Part shown: positions 37,458 to 45,862 of the stretch, piece after piece
How the letters are laid out: the number at the start of each line of letters is the position of its first letter
How positions within the stretch are numbered: the first letter of the stretch is position 1
IMG/VR virus record: IMGVR_UViG_3300046542_000616
Length of the DNA stretch: 64,000 nt
Strand: one strand, 5' to 3'
Source: a virus
Taxonomy: Duplodnaviria; Heunggongvirae; Uroviricota; Caudoviricetes
Notes under the pieces: model-generated
What the model was told of the DNA's origin: nothing
Databases searched by the model: none
The model's input: only the letters and a program-made list of their open reading frames with translations
Translations under genes and position numbers: made by a program

Positions 37458-37676
37458 CGGTGGTCTGCATGCCTAGACCACCGGCTCTGGCTTGTGATCT
37501 TTGGCAGTAGGATGAAGGCTTTTTGCTTTTAAATCCTACTGCCTTTTCTTTTGATCTGGCGGTGCTCTTGGGGCGATAAGGTCGGGCTTTGGCTTTTAAA
37601 AACCTTATCGCTTTGGTCTTTTGATCTTGCTTTGGGCAATAGGGTGCAGGGCTTTTGCTTTTACACCCTATTGCTC
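37458..37676. repeat. array of hairpins with variable stems and a conserved loop (candidate structured RNA or ssDNA element)
   Basis: Perfect stems 37458-37483, 37503-37543, 37573-37611 and 37636-37674; the last three share the loop core GGCTTTTGCTTTTA (one mismatch or extra base). Confidence 0.7.
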
Positions 37677-38036
37677 TGGCGCTTGACCTTGTACCTAACT
37701 CGCAGGACACGGGGAAGGGTACACCCCTGACACGCGACGAAGGGGCAGACGGCACCGATAAAACCTTCCAGGTATGCCTGGCTATTTCGCCTTGGGAAAA
37801 ACTGACTGAAAAGCTGGCTGAAAAGCCGATCAAGAGCTGACTGGTGGGGTGTGGGGGTGACGGGCGGTGATAGGGCAGGCGAGGTTTAGAAGAACTTCAG
37901 TAAGTCGTTGAAAAGATGAATGAATGCCGAACAACATGCATCGAAAACACTGAATGAGTGTCGAACAACGTGCGTATTTCCTCAATTTCACGTAAATTGC
38001 CAGTCTTACACGAGGTACACACCAGGAGCCGGAGAC

Positions 38037-39137
38037 ATGTTGGACTTGTACTTGATCAATCTGCCGGACGGCGTGGGTAAGGGTTCGATCCTGAAAAGTG
38101 GTGGCCTGGAAAGTCTCGCCATCAACGTCGACGCTTTGCGATCCATGTACGCCAGCCCGTCATTGCTACCCTCCGGCGAGCTGGGTTTCCCGAGCGGCCT
38201 GGATGAGTTGGTCAAATCCAAGGTTTTCGAGATCCTTGAGCACCGCATGACGCTGGGTGAAACCACCTTCCTTGAGGTCGAGCTCACCGACACCGATCTG
38301 TCCCGCTACAAGGCGCTGGCCAAGAAGTGGGGCTACACCGTCCATGTCGTGCACGAGGGATCAGGCCCTGCGCCAGCCGGCGTCAAGCTGCTCAACCACA
38401 TGAGCCTGAGCAACCAGATTTTCAAGGAAACACCTGACTACTCCCATCAGTACCGCGAGATCGTGTTCATCGGCGACGTGCATGGCTGCGCCGTACCGCT
38501 GCGCAAATTTTTGAACAAGCACTTCGATGAGCAGAAGCTCTACATCTTCGTCGGTGACCTGTTCGACCGTGGCCCGGACAACGCCATCGTTCTGAAGCTG
38601 ATCATGTCCCTGCTGAAAAAACCGAACGTGAAGCTGCTGTGCGGCAATCATGAGCGCCATATCCTGAGTTGGCTGAACAAGCGCGAGCAGCCGGGCGAGT
38701 TTCGCAACAAGACGCTGCCGCAGTTACTGCGCCAGGGCTTCAATCGCGAGACCGCCGAGTACCTGCTGGGTCGCGCCGAGCACATGCTGCAATTCGTGTT
38801 CAAGGGCGCCCACTTCCAGGTGTCCCATGGGGCGATCTCGGACGTGATCCGCTGGCCCCAGCTGTTTGCCGGGCATCAGTGCTGGCGTGGCGTGGGCAAG
38901 CGCCAGGACGACATCGACGCTGCTTTTGAGCGTAATGCCCCACGCGACTGGTTTCAGGTGCACGGTCACAGCAATGCTCATGGCCGGGTCATCACCGAAG
39001 GGCAGCGCAGTTTCAATCTGGAATCGTCTGTCGAATTTGGTGGCAAACTGAGCGTATTAGCCTACGACGGCAGTCGCTTCAAAGACCTGAGCGTTAAAAA
39101 CAATTTGGATGGCAAGGGAAAGAAGAAAGCTGCCTAA
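38037..39137 (+). CDS. Pnkp-like calcineurin-type metallophosphoesterase with a degenerate N-terminal kinase domain
   Basis: GDVHG, GDLFDRG, GNHE, SHG and HGH intact; N-terminal PDGVGKGS is a degenerate P-loop; GGAG SD before ATG 38037. Confidence 0.8.
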   Translation: MLDLYLINLPDGVGKGSILKSGGLESLAINVDALRSMYASPSLLPSGELGFPSGLDELVKSKVFEILEHRMTLGETTFLEVELTDTDLSRYKALAKKWGYTVHVVHEGSGPAPAGVKLLNHMSLSNQIFKETPDYSHQYREIVFIGDVHGCAVPLRKFLNKHFDEQKLYIFVGDLFDRGPDNAIVLKLIMSLLKKPNVKLLCGNHERHILSWLNKREQPGEFRNKTLPQLLRQGFNRETAEYLLGRAEHMLQFVFKGAHFQVSHGAISDVIRWPQLFAGHQCWRGVGKRQDDIDAAFERNAPRDWFQVHGHSNAHGRVITEGQRSFNLESSVEFGGKLSVLAYDGSRFKDLSVKNNLDGKGKKKAA

Positions 39138-39354
39138 GCCAGATCTTTCCTGGCGGATGCGAGATAACTCAATTGCGGAGTGTGGCTGTGACGAAATTTA
39201 TGATTTGGTCGACGGTATATTGGGCGGGGCTGCAGATGTTTTTTCTCCTCATGATTTACCTCGAGGAGCGCCCTAAATTACGATTTAATTTAGCGATGGT
39301 CAGAAACTGCTTTAAAAAATAATACTGGATTGAACAATAGTTAAGGAATATCGC

Positions 39355-39633
39355 ATGAATGTTGTGATTGGCTGGGCTGTTTTATTGCTGGTGCTCTCAG
39401 GTTTTTTCATATTTTGCGGCTTTCGCAATGGCCAAAACGTGAAGCGCAATTTGCAACGATTTGTCGAGAATCCAGCAGAAATCAAGGCGGTGCGTCGAGA
39501 TGAAGATGGCGAGGGGTACACTCGTCTGTATGTCGATACCGTGAGCGGAAAAACAGTTCAGGTGGCTTATCACGAAGAATTGAAGGCGGCTGAGGCCAAG
39601 CTTCAAGCTGTATTTCCAATGGCCATTGCCTGA
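39355..39633 (+). CDS. single-TM protein (92 aa)
   Basis: ORF track; TAAGGA SD. Confidence 0.6.
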   Translation: MNVVIGWAVLLLVLSGFFIFCGFRNGQNVKRNLQRFVENPAEIKAVRRDEDGEGYTRLYVDTVSGKTVQVAYHEELKAAEAKLQAVFPMAIA

Positions 39634-39648
39634 GCAGCGGGCAGCTGC

Positions 39649-39924
39649 TTACACCTGCTCGTCGCGATTAAAGTGGGCGTATCCATCTCTGAATCTTTGT
39701 GCGCTGGCGCCACCACCGAAGTCAGGAACGGCTTTTTTGGCCAAGACCAAAAGGGCCCGAGCTTCCGTAAGCTTCTCCAGATCGGAACGTAGTTGGACTA
39801 CGTCCGCAATGATATCCGCCACTTTAAGCAATGTGCCCTGAACGTCACCGCTGCGAGCGATTTTAGTCACTTCATCGAGCAGGTCGAGCGCGGCCTTGTC
39901 TTTGTTCATGACGGATAACTCCAT
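39649..39924 (-). CDS. hypothetical protein (91 aa)
   Basis: ORF track. Confidence 0.55.
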   Translation of the reverse strand: MELSVMNKDKAALDLLDEVTKIARSGDVQGTLLKVADIIADVVQLRSDLEKLTEARALLVLAKKAVPDFGGGASAQRFRDGYAHFNRDEQV

Positions 39925-40045
39925 ACTGTCAATTTATTTGGTATTCTGCAAGCATACTCTATTTGTCTCGTATTGCAAGTCAGCGTTGCAGTGTTTCACT
40001 TTTTCGTAATCAAACACGAGGCCGCCACATCAAAACGCAGGAAAC

Positions 40046-40068
40046 AAAAAGCCCGCACGGGGCGGGCT
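40046..40068 (-). terminator. intrinsic terminator
   Basis: AGCCCGC-5nt-GCGGGCT with a T-tract on the minus strand. Confidence 0.6.
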
Positions 40069-40095
40069 GGTAATCGGCACGAATACTGCCTGCTC

Positions 40096-40323
40096 CTAGT
40101 CCACTTTTTCAAGCTGGCCGAAGAGCGGGATTTCGAGCAGATGCGTGTCTCCTGGCCTGGCGGTTTCATACGCCTGCAGAATCTTCTGCGCCAATTGGAT
40201 CGCGTGATCCCTGGGGACGACCAGTCGCACCAAATCCGGGTAATGAGATTTGCCACCCGACATCTTCTGGCCTTTGCCGATGGTGAACTCTTGATCTTTG
40301 GTACGCATGGTTCTTTTCCCCAC
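40096..40323 (-). CDS. hypothetical protein (75 aa)
   Basis: ORF track. Confidence 0.6.
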   Translation of the reverse strand: MGKRTMRTKDQEFTIGKGQKMSGGKSHYPDLVRLVVPRDHAIQLAQKILQAYETARPGDTHLLEIPLFGQLEKVD

Positions 40324-40359
40324 TAAAAACTGAAGAAGCGCAGCTTAATGAAAAAGGGC

Positions 40360-40650
40360 TCAGGACAGAAATTTCTTGGCCTGCTGATGCTTTGAGATCG
40401 TGCCCAGGCGTCGACCGTGGTGGTGATGGATCTTGCCGTAGGAATTGAAGTCCAGCGGGTTGGTGCCATACCAGTAACCGCTGAAGACATACAGGCCAGG
40501 TCGCCGCACCTGCACGTTGCTGGTCTTGATGTCCTTGAGGGTTACGCGCAGCACAATGCCTTTGCGGCTGTAGCCTGGCAGCGATACCAATTGTCCGTGG
40601 TGCATGGCAACTCCTTGACCGTCGTGGTCGATGTAAACGATTACTTCCAC
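40360..40650 (-). CDS. hypothetical protein (96 aa)
   Basis: ORF track. Confidence 0.55.
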   Translation of the reverse strand: MEVIVYIDHDGQGVAMHHGQLVSLPGYSRKGIVLRVTLKDIKTSNVQVRRPGLYVFSGYWYGTNPLDFNSYGKIHHHHGRRLGTISKHQQAKKFLS

Positions 40651-40919
40651 TCGCCTTTGCGAGCCTGAATGTCATTGAGTACGGCGCGAAAGTCCTTCTT
40701 TGCCTCGGCCATCTTTTTCGTGTCGATTTCATCGACGAAAAAATCCTCGCAAAACAGCGCAAAGACGCCATCGGGCTGGGCTTCGGCCAGCAGGTACTTG
40801 GCAGCGACTTTGATGTCCTCGTCCGAGAAAAACTGGTCGAAGCCGTAGCAGGGGTCACCTTCTTTGATGGTCAGCAGGTACTTCCAGGCGGCGTCGAAAT
40901 CGTAAGGCGTTTTACTCAT
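40641..40919 (-). CDS. hypothetical protein (92 aa)
   Basis: ORF track; ATGA coupling. Confidence 0.6.
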   Translation of the reverse strand: MSKTPYDFDAAWKYLLTIKEGDPCYGFDQFFSDEDIKVAAKYLLAEAQPDGVFALFCEDFFVDEIDTKKMAEAKKDFRAVLNDIQARKGEWK

Positions 40920-41494
40920 GAGTTTTTGTTCTCGTAGGCCCTGGCAGCTTCTTTAAGCTCGTCAGAAAGCTCACCCAAGCCAAAGATGCGGCGAGTGCTC
41001 TCGGAAGCGGTGCGCATCAAGCCAGCCATGTGATCCATCGCTTGCTTGAGGCTCGCGTTCTCGGCGGCCAGTTCGTGGTAATCCTCACACAGCTTTTCTA
41101 CGCCTTCGGGGTCTGAAAGCTCTTCGTAGCGGTTAATGCTTTCCTGGCTGCTCACCGAGCATTGCATCCAGCTGGCCAGCATTTCGAGCTCAGCGTATTT
41201 CTTGAGCGCGGGCAGGGTAAAGGTGTCGTCACAGCGCGACATCAGCGTCAGGTTGGTTGGCTCGACCATTACATACTGACCGGCTTTCACAGACGTCTCG
41301 CCGGCCATGGGGAAGTACAGTTGCGCGACATTTAGAAAAGGCACTTGATGCAGCACGATGCCGATCTGACCGTCGTGTCGGGAGTCGACCGTGAAACACT
41401 GGTTGCCAAATCCGGAAGGCGTGATCTGCACCCGGTCGCCGCGTTGCAGGACGTTCCCGTCAGGATAAAAGACAGCAGGCAATGGCGAGGTCAT
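40916..41494 (-). CDS. hypothetical protein (192 aa)
   Basis: ORF track; ATGA coupling. Confidence 0.65.
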   Translation of the reverse strand: MTSPLPAVFYPDGNVLQRGDRVQITPSGFGNQCFTVDSRHDGQIGIVLHQVPFLNVAQLYFPMAGETSVKAGQYVMVEPTNLTLMSRCDDTFTLPALKKYAELEMLASWMQCSVSSQESINRYEELSDPEGVEKLCEDYHELAAENASLKQAMDHMAGLMRTASESTRRIFGLGELSDELKEAARAYENKNS

Positions 41495-41817
41495 TTAAAA
41501 AAGTACCCTTCTTGTGCCACCGGGGTGGTCTCCATCTCGCCAGGGCGGGCACGCCGATAGGGATTAGGTTTCTTAAAACCGCGAGGCAGGCGGTTCTGCT
41601 TTGAAATATTGCCGATCCAGCAAGACCAAAAGCTCTTCCAAGTTCCATTGGGCTTGGTGCAGGTGACCGAATGGTCTCGGTTTTCACGCTTGCCGCCCCT
41701 GAAAAACTGATCGTGGCTGACGTAGAGCTTGCGGTGGTCGACGTTAGACAGCGCCCGAAGCTGGTTGGGTGAGGCCTGAGCCTTGAGGCGTTTCAATTTA
41801 GCTTGAGTGCCGCGCAT
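41491..41817 (-). CDS. basic hypothetical protein (paralogue F1)
   Basis: MRGT...GTWK...NISKQNRLPRGFKKP. Confidence 0.65.
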   Translation of the reverse strand: MRGTQAKLKRLKAQASPNQLRALSNVDHRKLYVSHDQFFRGGKRENRDHSVTCTKPNGTWKSFWSCWIGNISKQNRLPRGFKKPNPYRRARPGEMETTPVAQEGYFFK

Positions 41818-41819
41818 GA

Positions 41820-42164
41820 TTATTCTTCCAGTGATGCGATCTGGTGAGGCAGTAGCGGCTTGCGCGATACGACCCAGCCCTGCGTGGTGTCAATGTCCGA
41901 AGCATCGAAGTCGAAGGCCTTAGGCTCTTTGAAGCCTCGAGGCAGACGGTTCTTTGCCGAAACGTTGCGGATTTTCTTCTGCCAGTATTCTTTCCAGGTG
42001 CCACGAGGTTTTCTTACCTCATTGACCATCTTTCCCATGATGAAAGACTTGCCGGCACCACCCTTGCCGAAGACAAACTCAAGATCAACGACATTAGGGT
42101 TTACGCGCTTGCGCACAGCGGCCAGTTCCTGACGTCGAAGCTGCTTAACTTTGGTTCCGCGCAT
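41820..42164 (-). CDS. basic hypothetical protein (paralogue F2)
   Basis: MRGT...GTWK...NVSAKNRLPRGFKEP. Confidence 0.65.
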   Translation of the reverse strand: MRGTKVKQLRRQELAAVRKRVNPNVVDLEFVFGKGGAGKSFIMGKMVNEVRKPRGTWKEYWQKKIRNVSAKNRLPRGFKEPKAFDFDASDIDTTQGWVVSRKPLLPHQIASLEE

Positions 42165-42246
42165 GGCCTTTCTCCGAATCCTTCCAATTAATGCATATAC
42201 AGTATCCTGTTCAGATACTGTTATCAACCATTATGCATAAGTGCGA

Positions 42247-42759
42247 TTATTTGCTGTCATTATTGAGCGGCGAGGTGCGCAGCGCCTCTTTCGCAGCCAA
42301 CGCAAAATGACCGCAGATCGCCTCGAATGGGATGGACACGTTCTGAATGCCGTGGCTGTTCTTCACCGTGACATCCCATGGCGAATTCAGTGCATGGGCC
42401 ATCTCAGACATCCGGCGCGTGGTGAAGCCGCGATAGCTTTCCCATACGTTAGTTAGAAAGCGCTGCACGTCTTCAGAGTCAGGGGCTGGAACGACCACAA
42501 ACGCTAGGACATCAGTCTCGGTCGCCCGGCCCGTGATGGGCTCTGTGCCAAATTGGATGAATGCGTGGTACACAGACGGGATGATCGGGCCATGAGCCCA
42601 GGCCTTGACCTCTTCATCAATCAGCCGTGCGCCGGTGTTGCCCGCATACCAGCCAATGGCGTAATACACAAGCTTCTGCAGCTTGATCGGGTCAAGCGGC
42701 TCGCCGGAGGCCGCCGCCAAATCCAAAAAATAATTGGCAATCGCTTTGGCGCTGTACAT
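42247..42759 (-). CDS. Panacea (DUF4065, SocA/GepA-like) domain protein
   Basis: YSAKAIANYF...IKLQKLVYYA.GW...LIDEEVKAWAHGPIIPSVYHAF. Confidence 0.88.
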   Translation of the reverse strand: MYSAKAIANYFLDLAAASGEPLDPIKLQKLVYYAIGWYAGNTGARLIDEEVKAWAHGPIIPSVYHAFIQFGTEPITGRATETDVLAFVVVPAPDSEDVQRFLTNVWESYRGFTTRRMSEMAHALNSPWDVTVKNSHGIQNVSIPFEAICGHFALAAKEALRTSPLNNDSK

Positions 42760-42833
42760 GGGAGTCCTCTCAGGCAATAACGCTTATTTGGTATGCGATT
42801 AGAATACTCAATAAAGGCATAATTGGCAATATG

Positions 42834-43613
42834 TCAGGCGCCGTCCAGGTGGCCCAGTCGCTGGCGAATCTTCTCCAGGCTTAATAACAGCTCTGCTTCC
42901 TGCTTCTTGAGGTCTTCCTCACTCTCGGCCTGAGCCGGCGCCTTCACCGCAGTCTTAGATGGCTTCACGGCTTTAAGGGCCCTGTTTTTGTCATCAAACG
43001 GCTTATATCCCCCAAGCTCTAAAGCCTCAATGAACGCATCCGGGGTCTCGGTTTCATGGGTAATACCGAGAGAGTATTCGGTGCCGTTGCCACTGCCTTT
43101 GAGGAACATCCTCATGCTGTAGCCGAGTGGGCCCAGCCAGCCATTCATGAACACTTCCAGCCGGAGCATGGGCGCTCGATGATAGCTATGAAACACATGG
43201 GTTTTCATGATGTTCGAGAAGCTGCAATCGTGCAGATCCACGTACTGGTTGTTCCAAATGCTGTGCCAGATGGCTTCTGGCTCAATCGGGCTGTCCATTG
43301 GCAGATTAACCAGGAGGCCCTGGTATCTGTTGTGGGTGTGGGGATGCGGTGCTTGGACGCAGATCGAATGGTGATCAATTATCCACTGATAGGGTGCCGG
43401 AAGGCTGACCGCCAGCAGCGTTTCGTAGTCTCGAATCATCTGCCTGGATTTTTGCCAGTAAGACAGGCGCCAAAAATCGTAGAGATCGTTGTATTCGAAC
43501 GACTTTCTCGATTCCAGCCAATCAGGAATGGTTTGGGTGATTACACCGTGAAGCCACTCGACTCTTTCCGCTTCCTGTTGATAGCGATTGCGCTTTTGCT
43601 CTTCATAATTCAA
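42834..43613 (-). CDS. hypothetical protein (259 aa)
   Basis: ORF track. Confidence 0.7.
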   Translation of the reverse strand: MNYEEQKRNRYQQEAERVEWLHGVITQTIPDWLESRKSFEYNDLYDFWRLSYWQKSRQMIRDYETLLAVSLPAPYQWIIDHHSICVQAPHPHTHNRYQGLLVNLPMDSPIEPEAIWHSIWNNQYVDLHDCSFSNIMKTHVFHSYHRAPMLRLEVFMNGWLGPLGYSMRMFLKGSGNGTEYSLGITHETETPDAFIEALELGGYKPFDDKNRALKAVKPSKTAVKAPAQAESEEDLKKQEAELLLSLEKIRQRLGHLDGA

Positions 43614-43657
43614 TGGCTATCACCCGATGCCGGACGGAAAGAGGAAACTGTACACCA

Positions 43658-44683
43658 TTAAAGTGCTTCACCGGATTCAGCGTTGACCCGGTCAGTCCGC
43701 TCCTGCTTTCGCGCAAGCGCCTTGGCCTCAAGCACCTGATCAACCTCATGCTTCTTCAGGATCATTTCAACGTCCAGGCCTCGCATGCGCCAGCGCAGAG
43801 CCTTTTGCATGTCAGGGGTGGTAAAGACCTTGGTTTTTAGGACATGGATGGCTGGATCGCCTTCCAGGGCCTCCAGTAACGCCGGCAATTTCATCAGCGA
43901 ATAGGAGTCGCGCCCACAGCGCAGCTTGACCAGATCATCAAAGCTCGCCTGCGCGCCAAGGGTGTTCATCTTTTTCACAAGCTTGGTGACCTGTTTCTGA
44001 TGGTCATTGAGGGCGCGCACATTCATCGGGGGCAGTTCAGGAATCAGCGGACTGGCCACCCGCTCGGTGCGGTAACGCTTGCCCGTGATGTCGAGCGAGC
44101 CAAACAGCCAGTCGTCCAGAATGATGAAAAACATCTGCCGGAACACCTGATTAAAGCCGTGGCAGGCGATAGGGCAGACGCTGCGATCAAGATTGACCCA
44201 GCCCAGGGATGTCCATACCGCTTCCAAGGCGGGCGGCATGTCCTCGACAAAGGAAATGCTTGGCACCCGCCCCATGGGGTGGTGATCCCCTTCACAGCTG
44301 GCGGTGGTCGCAAAGCCCTGGTCGTTCAATGCCTGGACAAAGGTCTGCAACGCCAGGTCGACGCGCCCGATGCTGCCATCGGCATAACGCAGCTCGGCGG
44401 TGCTATGCGGGCGGGTAAATACCCGAAAATGTTCACGCCAGTTCGGGTTGAAGCGAAAAGCGCTAATCAGTTTGGTCACAAAAGCAGGGCTGTTCTGCTC
44501 TTGATTCATGCGGATGACAAAGAGATCGCCGTTGTCGGCCTCAATATTCAGATCACAGACCCCGTCTCGGTAGCGGGTGGCGTCTCGCTGGACAGGGGTC
44601 AGCAAGGCTGAAAACCCACCAACGCCTTGAATGCGGCGGCTGCGCTCTGTGTTCATCGCGGTACTCGAAATAATTTTCATCAT
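43658..44683 (-). CDS. hypothetical protein with a TYW3-like LNxxGxxTxxSCxG motif
   Basis: VDLALQTFVQALNDQGFATTASCEGDHH. Confidence 0.5.
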   Translation of the reverse strand: MMKIISSTAMNTERSRRIQGVGGFSALLTPVQRDATRYRDGVCDLNIEADNGDLFVIRMNQEQNSPAFVTKLISAFRFNPNWREHFRVFTRPHSTAELRYADGSIGRVDLALQTFVQALNDQGFATTASCEGDHHPMGRVPSISFVEDMPPALEAVWTSLGWVNLDRSVCPIACHGFNQVFRQMFFIILDDWLFGSLDITGKRYRTERVASPLIPELPPMNVRALNDHQKQVTKLVKKMNTLGAQASFDDLVKLRCGRDSYSLMKLPALLEALEGDPAIHVLKTKVFTTPDMQKALRWRMRGLDVEMILKKHEVDQVLEAKALARKQERTDRVNAESGEAL

Positions 44684-44830
44684 CTTAACGCATGAGAGGG
44701 CCCTCGCTCGACTGTCAATATTGTATTAAATATCTGCCGGGTATAGAGTGGCGCATCCTTCAAATACGTTGCGCAGGCCCGAAAACAAAGGGCCAAAGAC
44801 GCTGACAACACAGACATCAAGGCACCCATC

Positions 44831-45748
44831 ATGGCAAGAGGGCTGTTTGCAACACTGTTTCTGACCGACCTGGACAACACCCTGTTCCAAAGCAAATGGC
44901 AGGACAGCGCCGGTCTGCACCCGATGAGCAAGACAGCCACGGGTGAGGCTCATGGTTATGCCAGCGAAGCGCAGGCAGAGTTGTGGGACGCGATGCGGTA
45001 TGAGGCGTTCTGCGTAGGCGTGACTGCCCGCAACATGGAGCAGGTCAGCCGGGTAGGGGGCTGGAATCCTATTCACGAGCACCAGTTGATGCTCGTCGAT
45101 CACGGCTTGACGCTGCTGCACCGCGACATCAGCAAGAGCTATGAATGGGAGCCTATCGAAGGCTGGAGTGCGCCTTACATTGAGCAGGCCAGGGCGAACA
45201 ACCGCAAGCTGGACAAGGAAGGGGCCAGGCTGTACTTCGCCATGGTGGAAGCGATGCCGGAGTTGGCGTCCAAATACGAAACCAAAGTGGCCTACACCAC
45301 CATCCCCGGTAGCAACAGCGTGAAGCTGTTTTATTCGCTGCGGGCGAATGCGTTTTATGCGGATGCGATCAAGAACAATCGCCACGACCAGATCAATGCC
45401 TTGCGCAACGTGCTGCACCGGCACATCGCCGCCAGCGAATTACCCATGACCTACTTTGAGGTCGATGGCACGTTCTCATTGCTGCCGGGCTGGTTTAGCA
45501 AGAAGGACGCGGTCAAGCGCTTGTTGACGTTGCTCAAGACGCAGGAACCTGGCTTGGATGATCCACGCTTGAACGATGCGATCCGCGCCATTGGCCGTCC
45601 CAAGCTGGTACTGACTGCCGGTGATGGCCTGGATGACGTGGCGTTCATGGGCCTGGGGCACTTCATGCTGACCCCGAGCAAGTCGGCCATCGCCAACACC
45701 CTGACCGACATGACCACGGATATTCCGCTGCTTACCGACGTGGCCTGA
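44831..45748 (+). CDS. HAD-superfamily phosphatase (resembles Ter-cluster HADs)
   Basis: LTDLDNTLFQS (motif I), VTAR (II), SKKDAV (III), AGDGLDDVAFM (IV). Confidence 0.75.
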   Translation: MARGLFATLFLTDLDNTLFQSKWQDSAGLHPMSKTATGEAHGYASEAQAELWDAMRYEAFCVGVTARNMEQVSRVGGWNPIHEHQLMLVDHGLTLLHRDISKSYEWEPIEGWSAPYIEQARANNRKLDKEGARLYFAMVEAMPELASKYETKVAYTTIPGSNSVKLFYSLRANAFYADAIKNNRHDQINALRNVLHRHIAASELPMTYFEVDGTFSLLPGWFSKKDAVKRLLTLLKTQEPGLDDPRLNDAIRAIGRPKLVLTAGDGLDDVAFMGLGHFMLTPSKSAIANTLTDMTTDIPLLTDVA

Positions 45749-45862
45749 GCTTGACACCAGTATTCCGTCAATATACTGTTAATGCATCGATGTGAAATCG
45801 CTCGGCGTGGCCACTGCTCACGAGCGATAATCGACTCAAACAACAGCGGACGGAATTTTGCC

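Noticed and set aside
37458-37676. CRISPR array
   Set aside because: Only three units; the conserved part is a ~14-nt loop and the variable parts are self-complementary stems, not spacers; no cas genes.
37279-37833. 184-aa minus-strand ORF over the hairpin array
   Set aside because: Low-complexity K/S/A product explained by the repeat loops; it overlaps the NADAR-like gene antisense.
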